A program made the translations under genes and the position numbers. The notes under the pieces are model-generated. The model was not told where the DNA came from. It worked only from the letters and a program-made list of their open reading frames with translations, and did no database searches. This document shows, one piece after another, positions 26,829 through 39,350 of a DNA stretch of 64,000 nt. How positions within the stretch are numbered: position 1 is the first letter of the stretch; the number at the start of each line of letters is the position of its first letter. Source of the stretch: Eledone cirrhosa (Eukaryota); assembly GCA_964016885.1 (NCBI GenBank), contig OZ024742.1, positions 278,938,001 to 279,002,000 on the forward strand. The letters are read 5' to 3'.

Positions 26829-29800
26829 ATGACCCTCCCAAAGTATAACAATATCGGTTTCAACACACGATTTCAGATAAAGAATCTTGCTAAACAAATT
26901 CAGAAACGAAATATCGTAAGCCGTAGCCAGGCTAACAAGATACTGAAAACCACCATGTTCTGTTGTCTACGAAAAACCATAACATCTCGACAACTACACT
27001 TCATAAAACTGTGCACCACTTCTAGTATCTACACCAACACCATCAATACCGACGTTAGAAGATTACAACTCACCAAAAAAACAAGCAGATAGGCTAAAAC
27101 AAACTTTAATTCTAAACATAAAAAAGAAGATCTATAGAGAATTAAGTCATCAAGAAAAACTAAAGCGTAACCTAATACAAGAAATATCTAAAATCACCAC
27201 ACCAGCAGAAAAACTAACATTTATAAGCCTTATACGCCCCGAAGAACAGTACATTACTCAAGAATGTGATAAGCACTTTAACAGAAAATTAAAGTGGCTT
27301 AAACAGGCAAAGCTAAATCGGGATACTATAGAGTATACCAATAGATGTCCCGACAAAATTGACGGTATCAACATGGCCGACACCTCATTATCTGAAGAGT
27401 TCAACAACGAAAATACTAACATTTATGGAAACACGGAAATAAATAATAATGAAATGTCTGTATTACGTCTGCCACCCAAATTTGCGACATTCAAGAAGGT
27501 AAATATGATTAGTTGTCTGTCAGAAATAGAAAAATCATTTACAAAACTACGCTGGAGCATCAAAAACAAAAGCAACAATATACGCACACACATATACAAC
27601 ACACATCCCAACAACAACAGACACACAGACACAAACAACAATAACAACAACAACAACAATAGCAACATACCCAGATACAACAACAACAGACACGCAAACA
27701 CAAACAACAATAACAACACACACAGCAACGATAACACACACGGAGACAACAATAACAACAACACACACATCAACAACAATAGCAACATACCCAGATACAA
27801 CAACAACAGACACGCAGACACAAACAACAATAACAACACACACAACAACGATAACACACACACACACGGAGACAACAACAAAACACATCAACAACAACAC
27901 ACATCAACAACAACAACACAGACGCATTCAATGCCTCTCACCACCACCACAATCTTAACAAACACACAGACACAGAAAACAAGTAATGACAGTAGCACAG
28001 AAATCAGAGAAATAAGAGAAAGTAATAGGATTAAAAAGAAAAGGAGATGGGAGACGAAGGACAAAGAGAATAACCAAGACGAACACACAGACACACAAAA
28101 TAGGGTAGATAACAACATTGAGCCAGTGGAAAGAGACAGGAGTAATTATGAGAGACATAGAAACAACCATGAAGCTGAGGCTGCTGGTGGAAATAGAAAT
28201 AGAAATAACACAACTAACAATAATAATAGCACTAGTACACATAAAGCAGCAGCCTGGAACTCTCCGTTTTATAACCCCTCCGATAAATCATTCGACCTAC
28301 GACGAGTCCACGCCACGACTTTGCCATTTAACAAACGCACGCAGTTGCCGTCGCAGGTCGATGAACAAACAGAAGCACAATTTAGTATAGCTAAATCCGA
28401 ACTTAGAAATATTATAGAACAGTATAGCAAGAAGCATAATAGAATAGAGGCCCAGCAACTGGGAGAAGAATCTGCAAATGGCTTGCGTAAGCTCATGCAG
28501 CGCTCGCGTAATGGAGAGATAGCATGTTTTCCAACAGACAAGTCTGGCAGAATGTCGGTTGACAGCCTGCCAAACTACATCCAGGCAATGCAACCCCACA
28601 TCACTAACACAAGAGAGGTAACACCACAGGAGCATGAGGATAGAGAAAAAGCCCTCAATGCCCATATGGTGATGTGGACAAATATAATGCAGCCCAACAA
28701 AAGGAATGCCAACAACTTCCAGGCCTGGAACAATGACGTGCCGGCGTTGTATGGGCTTCGAAAAGACCATAAGACGGGCTGGGACCCTGTCACGGGACCA
28801 CCAACACGACCAGTCTGTGGGGCTAACATTGCTAGTAACTACAGACTGTCCTACTTCCTCTCCCTGATCATACGCCCCATCATTGAGATGTCCCCAGATG
28901 TGTGTGACAGCACGGAGGACATCCTCAGCAGAATAGGCGCGGGTAACCGATCTGGGGACCTAACAAACTGCATATTAGGCAGTATGGATGTTGTGTCCCT
29001 GTATCCATCTATTGACGTGGATTTTGGTGTCGAGAAATGCGTAGAAATGATCAGCGAGAGCAAGGTTGAGTTCCGTGGGATTGATACCAGTGAGCTGGGA
29101 CTTCTACTTAAGCTTACCCATAGTAATAGTTACCTAGACACTTATGACCTTAGCAACCTGTGCTCTACAAGACCAGCAAGAGGCAGACCACCTACCATTA
29201 CCTCAATGGCCAAGAAAACCCACACAGATAGATGGAACGGGTGGACCAGAGCCATACGGACACCCGAAAACCACGATGAACTGAAGAAAATGATTGCACA
29301 TGCGGTAGGGGCCAGCATAAAATTAACCCTTAAGGAACATATGTTCAAATTTAATGGTAAAACATATGCCCAAGAGGAAGGAGCAGCCATTGGTGTTAGC
29401 ATTGCAGGCGACATAGCTAACTTATTCATGGTATAGTGGGACAGTAGACTTAAACAAAAACTTAATGAACAATTAGAAGACAGCTTAACCCTGATAATGT
29501 ACTCCCGCTACGTAGATGATATAAACATCGTAGTTAAGACACCCCCACTAAAGAACAGTCAGGAACTAGAGAAAAACACATTGGAAAGCATCCAGCAAAT
29601 AGCAAACTCCATCCACCAGAGCATTAGAGTTACTATAGACTACCCAAGTAGACACCCCAACCATCGATTACCTGTACTAGACACAGAGCTCTGGTTAGAT
29701 ACCATTAACAACCAAAAACAAATCCTCCATTCCCATTATGCCAAACCCATGACTTCCAAACATCTGATCCACCGAAACTAGGCCATTTCGGACCATACCA

Positions 29801-30295
29801 AAATCAACATACTGATTGCGGATTTGGTACGGGTGATGAGAAATGTGTCCCGCATGTGCAATCCCGAAGAACTAGAGAGACACATACAACACTTCATCCA
29901 CCCTATGCAGTTCTCTGGCTAACAAATGTATAACCTGTAAAATAAGCCCCCATATTAACTGTAAAACTAGAAATGTAGTGTATAGCATAAGATGTACTGA
30001 AGGACAATGTAGAAACAAAAATATAGTGTACATACGTGAGACAGCTCGTAGTATAGGGGAACGAATAAATGAACACTGGCGAGACCTCCAAGATAATAAA
30101 GAATCATCTGTGCTCTACCAACATGCTAAGATAGAACACAGGGGTAGATTAGAGAGCATAGAAATAAAAATAGAATCCACGCACAGAAAAGACGCAATGT
30201 TTAGGCAAATTACAGAGGCACTAAGCATAAAAGAATTAAAACCAAAATTAAATAGAAAATATGAGTGGAACAGCAACATCACAACTTACAATTAA
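26829..30295 (+). pseudogene. PLE ORF (RT + GIY-YIG), disrupted
   Basis: 687-aa open segment 27373-29436 with Asn-rich insert and RT motifs; YVDD in 29497-29781; endonuclease 29978-30295; same stop and deletion as the left arm. Confidence 0.92.
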
Positions 30296-30571
30296 GGACA
30301 AAATGAAAACACACACACACATAGAACAAACAACTTACAATTGAAAACACACACAAAATGAAAACACACACAGGACAAAATGAAAACACACACACACATA
30401 GAACAAACAACCACCCAACAATAAATAAATAAACAAATAGAAAAATGAACGCAAACACACACAGACACCCGGATGTGGCACATGCACAAACTGAGCACAC
30501 AACACGCAACAGAAACAAAATGGCGTAGGATAGAAGAAAGAAAAGGCACAGAAACGAAGAAAGGAATCCCC

Positions 30572-30616
30572 AGTCACTGAAGAGGTCACAGAGTGTCTGA
30601 CGAAAGGACTATGACT
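30572..30616 (+). ncRNA. Minimal type I hammerhead in PLE pLTR
   Basis: Core intact, one stem II mismatch. Confidence 0.8.
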
Positions 30617-30985
30617 ATATATATAAACAACTATCTGGTTGTGGAACCAACCAACCAACCAGAAATTTATAATTTATAGGTTTGTAGATTTGTAAATTTA
30701 TGAATTTATAAATATATAATAAATTGAAGTGAAAGCAACTGGTGCGTATGTTTCTTATTGGCAACATGACCCTCCCAAAGTATAACAATATCGGTTTCAA
30801 CACACGATTTCAGATAAAGAATCTTGCTAAACAAATTCAGAAACGATATATATATATATATATCTATCTATCTATATATATATACATATATATACTATAT
30901 ATATACAGTATGTATACATCCATATATAAATATATATATGTATACACACACTCACACACACAAACATAGACACACACATAGGCAT

Positions 30986-31062
<77 letters not shown>

Positions 31063-31644
31063 TATATGTATATATTTCGGTGCCGTTAAACCCAGCGACC
31101 AACAATTATTTCTATTCAATCTCCATTGAAACTTTATGTAGTACACCTACTTTCTAAAACAACAGCTACAACAACATCAAAATCAAGCGGGTAAAGAATA
31201 AAATAAAAAACTCGTACAAGTAACGTATAGTGAAAATGAATATACAGCCACGGATTCTAGTAGGTTGACTGCATAGCACATGATACACATGTTGTAATAT
31301 TAATTACTACAATAATTGGTAGATCAGCACGTTCTTCTATCCTACGTAAACAGCCACCAGTTTGTAAATGCTAGCTTGCCTTGATTGTCGTATACACAGA
31401 TAGACAGAAAACTAGAGCGGTGTTAAACAAAAACATTTTTTCATGGCGTATTTTCTCCTCGAGTCGTTACTCACGTTGTTGCTGTTGATGTTTTTGTTGT
31501 AGTTGTGTTGTTATGGTTGCTGTTGTTAGTAGTAGTAGTATCATCATTTTTTTAAATGATACGACTTCTATGGAAATCACTCACACATGCAACCCGTCTA
31601 TGTAATACCCACCTCACTTAGCAAAACCGTGGCCAAGAAAAAAT

Positions 31645-31694
31645 CTCTACTACTACTACTACTGCTAGTACTACGACGACGACGACTACTACTT

Positions 31695-31745
<51 letters not shown>

Positions 31746-31805
31746 ATACTACTGCTGCTGCTGCTGCTGCTGTGCTGCTACTACTACCACTACTACTACT
31801 GCTCT

Positions 31806-31852
<47 letters not shown>

Positions 31853-31868
31853 ATACTACTACTACTAA
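31645..31868. repeat. (CTA)n/(CTG)n microsatellite
   Basis: Directly visible. Confidence 0.95.
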
Positions 31869-31876
31869 AAGTAATA

Positions 31877-32052
31877 ATTGTTTCTACTTTGGGCACAAGG
31901 CCAGCAATTATCCCAGACAATACTGGTGCTTTATTTTATCAAACCCGCAAGGATAAAAGGCAAAGTTAACCTCGGCGGGATTTGAACTCAGAACGTAAAG
32001 GGCCATAACTCGATGCTGCAAAGCATGTTAGCCGACGATCTGCCGATACTGT
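31877..32052 (-). mobile_element. tRNA-derived SINE
   Basis: Same family as 47877-48066. Confidence 0.8.
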
Positions 32053-33391
32053 CATGACAGTTTGGCTGTCTGCTGTCAACTGGCATGGAGCGGTTTTACC
32101 GTCATCAATGTTTATTAGTCGGTAATGCCATCAATGTTCTCGTGCTCCATCTGGACCAGTAATTCATCCTAGTACAGGAGCGATTGTCCCGTTCAATTTT
32201 TGAACGTCTAGAATTGTTTAATTTCGTCGAGCTCCTCAAGGACAGCGGCTACTAAACAGGCATTGCTATTGCACGTGGGTTAGTTTGATTTTAACGAAAC
32301 TTTGGTCACAATACAAGTTACTTCCTCATTCCTCAGTGATGTTAAGGAGTGTTGTCTGACATGCACTGGGTTTGGATAGATATCATTCTTCTCAGGCTAT
32401 AGAAGTCTTGAGCTCCCATAGGCAACACAAGGCATGAGTTTCTTATATATTGGCGCTTTCTCCTCTCATTTCTCATCTTATTGTTTAGACACACTTTTTC
32501 CATTCCCTTTCTCTCTTCGTTCTTCCACTCAAAGTGTGGTTATATTTTAACCAAATGTTTTTCTATGCACATAACAATCAGCTGTTTACAGCCCTTCTCG
32601 TGTTGAGATTCCTACAATTTTATGAAAATTCATATATTCTCGTCGCTTCAATCCTTTTCAAGTAATGTTTACATGCATAATTTGCGCCATATTGGCTTTC
32701 TAAATTGAACGAATAATGGTGCCAGGGACAGGAAACTCTTTATATCTTTATATATGTGCCTATGTTTATCCCAGTTTCTCTCCCTTCATATATATTTATT
32801 GCTGTCTCTCCAACTATCGTCCCTCTCCTATGTTACTGCCACCGCAGCTGCTGTCTTCTCACCTACTGTTACTGCTGTTCCTGCCAGAATAACAGACATG
32901 CTCTTTTCTGGTCAACCACGGCCAATACAAGACGGGTCACACGGCTCTCTTCTCGTGTTTGTTTCCTCTATACCAGTGTCATACCAACAGACATTTTGTT
33001 CCTGTTTCTCGGGCTATCCTTATATACGTTATACTTCCATGTCCCGCGCCAAAGCATGTGGAGCTAGAAGGAAGTTGATGAGGTCATCACGACACTATAG
33101 CTCTGTATTTCTCTTTAGTTTACCTTCTTCATAATTTCTCCATTAATTTTTACCTTTCGTAATCCTCCCCCACACACATTAAATTTACTCTATATTTCTC
33201 ACTTCCGCTTTTCTTGTCTCCTCTTCTCTCTCAATAAAGTCAAGCTTCATACTCTCTTTCTTCCGTTCTCTCCCTCTCTCCGTTTTTCCACCCAACATCT
33301 GGTTACATTTACACCCAACTTTCTGCTGTGCACATAGTGATCAATTGTTTACAGCTACTCCCGTGCTGAGATTCATACAGTTTTAAGAAAA

Positions 33392-33428
<37 letters not shown>

Positions 33429-33432
<4 letters not shown>

Positions 33433-33610
33433 CGAAGGAGGGGTGATAAGGAACCAGATGGATCATAACGCACCAGAGTACTCAATACTTAGAGCAGCAG
33501 AGTGGGTAATAGGAAAATGTTTGACCCCGACAGCAGAGCTCAAGCCCTTTCGACGGAAATAGACGTCGAAACGGCTTGAGCTCTGGCGTCGGGGTCGAAC
33601 ATTTTCCTAT
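33429..33610 (-). mobile_element. ~135-nt fold-back element (copy 2)
   Basis: Long arm on minus, inverted arm GAAATAGACGTCGAAACGG...TTTTCCTAT; (TA)n on both sides. Confidence 0.8.
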
Positions 33611-33661
33611 ATATATATAGATACATATATGGATATATATATATATGTGTATGTGTGTGTG

Positions 33662-33793
<132 letters not shown>

Positions 33794-34140
33794 TAAAATA
33801 TGTCTTTAGAATCACTAGATATAATATATACCATTTCCTCTCCCAATTAGTATAATTAACCATATAAAAAACCAATTAGACCGAGCTATAAGAATAAAGG
33901 CTCCTATGAGAAATCTTCGACAAATAACAGAAAGACATATTTTATGACATATAGCTCTGATTATTTAATTTAATTTATTAATTTCTCATTGCGCCACAAC
34001 GTGACCGGTTGCAAAACACATATATATCTATGACTTTATATATATATATATGTAAATCTTTACATATATATATATACATATATGCATATATATATATATA
34101 TATGTGTGTATGTATATATATATATATATATATATGTATG

Positions 34141-34310
34141 TAGGAAAAAGTATGACCTCGACGGCAGAGCTCAAGCCGTTTCGACGGCTATTTCTTGAGC
34201 TTTGCCGTCGGGGTCATACTTTTTTCTATTTCCCACTCTACTACCCTAAGTATTGAGTACTCTGGTGCGTTATGGTGCATCTGGTTCCTTACAACAATTC
34301 CTTTGTTATA
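34141..34310 (+). mobile_element. ~135-nt fold-back element (copy 3)
   Basis: Inverted arm ending ..GGCTATTTC, then forward copy to CCTTTGTTATA. Confidence 0.8.
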
Positions 34311-34550
34311 TATGTATGTATATATGTATATATATGTATGTATGTATATAAGTGTGCGCGTATGCATGTGTGTGTGTGCATGCCTCTGTGCGTGTGTAGT
34401 TCGAGACGTAGTCATATATTTGTATATAACAAAACATGCAATTTTGCACCTGCAAACATTACATAAATTCGTAGATTTGTGTTGATTCCTATGTAAAATT
34501 ATGACAAATATATAAGTGTGGGGCCGTGTGTTTCTGAGTCTGTGTCCACG

Positions 34551-34663
<113 letters not shown>

Positions 34664-34891
34664 TGATACACGCCTATAATTTATATACGACTGTATGAAT
34701 GCTCATACACATAAAAAACGCATGTATGGTTACATTGAAAACTATCAATTCGTTTGCTTAACTTCACAAACTGTTTTAAGTTTTCTTTGCTTGGAAATAG
34801 CAAGCCATGCACGACTAGAATCTTTCACCCTGTATCGCACATTCGGTCTTCTATTGGTAAGAAGTGAATATACATTTAGTGTAAACACCCA

Positions 34892-34933
<42 letters not shown>

Positions 34934-35730
34934 TGCGTGTGTGTGTGTGTGTGTGTGTATGTCTGTATGTGCGTGTGTGTGTATATGTATGTGTGTGTCT
35001 GTGTCTGTATGTGTTTGTGTGGGTTTGTATGAGGATTCAGATTAAGTCTTGGAAGAAGGGAAAATGTAAGGAGAGTCACAAAATTACAGAGGAGAAATAC
35101 ACTATTGAACTATTAATAGAATCGAGAGAGTGATAGTGAAAAAGTCAACGTGATAAATCGTGAAGGAACGAGTGTTATAAAGTGAGCCAAGCACAAAGAA
35201 ATTTATTGCAAAACACAATATAAACATAGCAAAAAACCACTATGAATCTTAGCGAAGATAATCTTCGGTGAGATTTTGCTAGAGAGCGCGGAGAGGTGAA
35301 TATGGCTGAACCAATGTATATTTCTGCAGGCAATTGGGTCATGAGTTCAAATTGTGGTAGATGCTTTGATGTAATTTTCTCTTTTTTTTCCTTTCGCAGT
35401 TGGTAGTTAATTCTACATGACACACTTTGTAGAAATGATGTCTCCCTGCAAAGGTAGTTTGCCGGGAACATTTACTTCATCATGACACCTAGAAATACCA
35501 GCTAAATGTTCTTTTATTCCGAATAAGCCCTGTTCAAATAGGAGAAAAAAGAAAAACGAATAATAAAAGTATCATGACAGAATTTAGTTCCTTACACAGA
35601 CACACAGAGAGGAATTCACGCACACACTCACACATACACATACACACTCAACACCGGCAGAAAATGTTAGTCCTCCAGGCAAACGAAACGTACGTTCCTG
35701 ATACGGCTCTATTGTAGTAACTGGCCTCAG

Positions 35731-35779
<49 letters not shown>

Positions 35780-35856
35780 TTATATAATAAATATATGTTA
35801 TATAATAAATATATATATATATATATGTGTGTGTATATATATATATATATACATAC

Positions 35857-35920
<64 letters not shown>

Positions 35921-35924
<4 letters not shown>

Positions 35925-36295
35925 TCAGTGTATACTGATTCATTTTCAGAGCCATCCTCAGAATTCTCGTGTAGCACCCATCCACCATCTGAGTGAGTTT
36001 CTTGGTCAGTGTCAAAGGTGTATGGGGGCCTCCCACAAGTCAGATCCAAAGTGACACAGAGGAGACTGAGGTTAGCTGGACATGCTCAACGACATCCAGA
36101 GTTGACATTGCACTCAGTGCTCCTGTGGGAGCCCCTACATGAACACACTGGAAGAGGAGGCCACGGTTAACGTATGTTGATGCCCTAAGGACAGAGAATG
36201 GTCTGTTGCAGACGCAGGACATGGCAGTGATAATAAGGGACAGAGACCGCTGGAGAGAACTCGTCCATGGATCTCGGGAATTTTACCCGCCCTAG
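35921..36295 (+). mobile_element. RTE-clade LINE 3' end with 5' inversion
   Basis: 35921-36013 minus: [22 protein letters not shown]; 36014-36295 plus: [35 protein letters not shown]; (TA)n flanks. Confidence 0.8.
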
Positions 36296-36420
36296 AATAT
36301 ATATATATAAATGTATATATATATACAGTATGATATTTTCGTTTGGAAAGGAAAGGAAACGATTTCATTTTACGTCTGCTCGTTCAGAGATGATGTGGCG
36401 GAAACAAATAATAATAATAA

Positions 36421-36610
36421 TTGTTTCTACTTTTGGCACAATGCCAGTAATTATTCCAGTGTACCACTGGTACTTTATTTTATCGACCCCGTAAGGATGA
36501 AAGGCAAAGTTAACCTCGGCGGGATTTGAACTCAGACCATAGATGGTCGTAATTATTTGCTGCAAAGCATGGCGTCCAGCCCTCTACCGATACTGCCAAT
36601 CCACCGCCCT
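36421..36610 (-). mobile_element. tRNA-derived SINE, full length
   Basis: Same family; (TAA)n on both sides. Confidence 0.85.
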
Positions 36611-38386
36611 AATAATAATAATAATGACAGAAATAATAGCAGCCAGAACAATAGAAAACGTTCGGTGATAATAGTGCAGCCTGCTGAAAATAACACCTAA
36701 ATCTACCTCAAATTAATTACGCCTGTCTTTTAACTAAAAGACACTTTGGATTACGAAGTCCTATGTATACTTATATCTGAGCGTAAAATAAAGTATTTTC
36801 ATAGCAGGAATGCTTTCAATCTCAGTTCCGCTATATTATGATGATGCGGGCTAAATGAAATCAAGACCTTTCTGTTTCGAAGAAGTGATTTCTCGTTGAT
36901 AAATCAATGGAAAAGCTTCCTCGTGAAATTACAGTGCAAATGGATAAGTATTCCACTGTCACATATACACGTAAGGCTGTTCTCAATGTAAATCAACGTA
37001 GCAACGTGAGCAAATTTGTTTTATCATAGCTTCAGCACAAATCTTGTGTAGTAAATTTAATGGATTAAAACTGTGAAATTTTGTCAAGTCGACTGTATGT
37101 GTCATTCAAATAATCAGCGTTGTTACATATTTTATTAAGCTGAAACGGCTTGATAATTATTTTACGGTTACGTGTATATTCGAAATGCTTAACCATTTAC
37201 ATATTAATTTATCGAGTCAGGGGTTCAAACTTGGATCGATCCTAAGATATACGTCCATCTAGTGTATATAGCAACACTGGATGGGCTTAACATTATCACT
37301 ATATTTGAAATGATAAACAACAATATCAACAGCAACTCTAACAACCAAAAACTACATCACAAATGATAAAAGCAACAACTACATTGACAACAACATATAC
37401 GAATACCAGTAACACTAAAATAAACTACCTGCAGCGACCACAATTACACTGAAAACAACAACGACGTTAACAAGAACAACCATGATATAAATACACATGT
37501 GATTTGGAAAAGAATTAGATGCTATTTCTGACACGCCAATTTACAATCTAGATACTCCTTTGCTCAAATATGTTACAGCATAGATAAGTAAATTGTCATT
37601 CTCATAAATGTAAAGAAACATCTAATCTGTGTTGTATATCAATACAAGGCTTGCGATTTAGAGTTTCTACATCTTATTCACTCGGCCGTATTTGGCGTCT
37701 AATTGAATTTCTGTTTTTTCATCTTGAGGAAGGTGGAGACGATTATTTTTTCTCCCTATGTATACAGATACCTTATTCAAAGAAAGGAAAAACAAATAAC
37801 CAAAGTATGAATACAGGAAAAACAATATATAATGACATTCTACAAAATGTTATCCTGAAACTTGTTGAGTCTTCAAGATTTGAATTTCCAAGAAAAGTTT
37901 CCCCCTTCAGAAACAACGGCTTCTTATTTTCATTTCTCTCAGGTTTTAGTTAGTCTTTACATCATTCATCCCGAATTAATTTAAATGCCATTTCTGCTAT
38001 CCGATTAAAACTCCTTCTTCATGTTTGGCTTCTTCACATTTCAACGAAACTGTTTCAGCGAAAATTTATCGCCAGATATTAGAAAATCCCCCAAAATAGC
38101 ATTGCAGAAATTTCTTCACAGATAATTTGCTATGAAGAGTTTGGAAGCAGAATGTTGTCTGATTTAACTTTAAAATTTCTATTGTTGCTATATTGTGTGT
38201 TACTACAATGCACTGCTGTTTATAGAGTCCCTTTGCTTCCATTGCTATTTATGGTGTCTATTATCATCATAGCCGCTTTTCAAAGATGGGAGAAGTGAGA
38301 AATATATAGATATAATAGATATAATATAATACAATATAATATAATAGATATTATATGCATTGATGTGTGTATATCTATGCATGCAA

Positions 38387-38424
<38 letters not shown>

Positions 38425-38445
38425 GTGTGTGTGTGTATGTGTGTG

Positions 38446-38485
<40 letters not shown>

Positions 38486-39002
38486 TGCGTGCGTGCGTGT
38501 ATGTACGATATGCAACATAATATAATATGACACAATATAACGTAATATATATATAATCGTTTCTGTTATTTTTATTACTGGTTTTTCTCAAAAGATTATG
38601 CGAGGTATTAATCAAATACACCTAACCTAGTGAATATTTTTTCGAGCTTAGTACATATTTCACCGATCGCAGTATGTTGAACTACTATGTAGCGCAACAT
38701 AAACAGACAGATGATAAAGGGAATATCGATGATGGTGATGATAATGGTTTCGACGATGACGAAGAGGGCGACGATGATGAAGTTGATGAAGATGATGAGG
38801 ATGATGAGAATGATGATGTCGATGATGATGGTATAACTGTGGCTTGCATTATTCAGAAAGGCTCATGTTTATTTAAAGTTTTGTTTCAATGCAATTAATA
38901 TTATAACACCTCTTGTGACATCCGAATTCTGACCTAATTCAGGTAATGTATAAAATCTCTATTTGCAAGGTTTTTCACATGAAATCGTCTGTCGAAACAA
39001 AT

Positions 39003-39350
39003 GTTGTTATACATGGGGAGGGTCATGTTTTCCCAATATTGCCAAAAATAATAATAAAACACACACACTGGTTTGGTTTTCGCTTCAGTTCGGTATATTT
39101 TTATATTTTTATAGGTAATTTAGCTGGCCAATTAATGTTTATCATTGATTGAACAACAGTTAAAATTATAAATATAAATATAATTTCCTAAAGTTTCCCA
39201 TAATTCTTTCGGCAGGCATATTTTTCTTCTGTGGCGTCTTCAGTGATTTCCTCCTGTTGTGATTCCATAATATTTGTTTCGTTGTCTCTGTTTGCGCATG
39301 CGTTTATATGCATATATTCTCTTTGGTGCGTGCTCCTGTGTTCGCATCTG
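39003..39350 (-). mobile_element. Old solo PLE pLTR with degenerate hammerhead (39199-39245)
   Basis: End motif CATGACCCTCCCCATGTATAAC; CTGAAGA...GAAAGAATTA. Confidence 0.6.

Larger units (their letters stand above)
20435..30849. mobile_element. Penelope-like element composite insertion: two partial-tandem arms in inverted (5'-to-5') orientation
   Basis: 20435-25278 (minus) mirrors 25932-30788 (plus); junction with TGG microhomology at 25932-34; ~60-nt 3' extension on the right arm; both outer ends in (TA)n. Confidence 0.95.

Noticed and set aside
27600-27900. CRISPR-like periodic repeats
   Set aside because: In-frame tandem repeats inside a retroelement ORF with no unique spacers.
38674-38898. 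Acidic ORF (DDDEEGDD)
   Set aside because: Degenerate (GAT)n microsatellite with no exon support.
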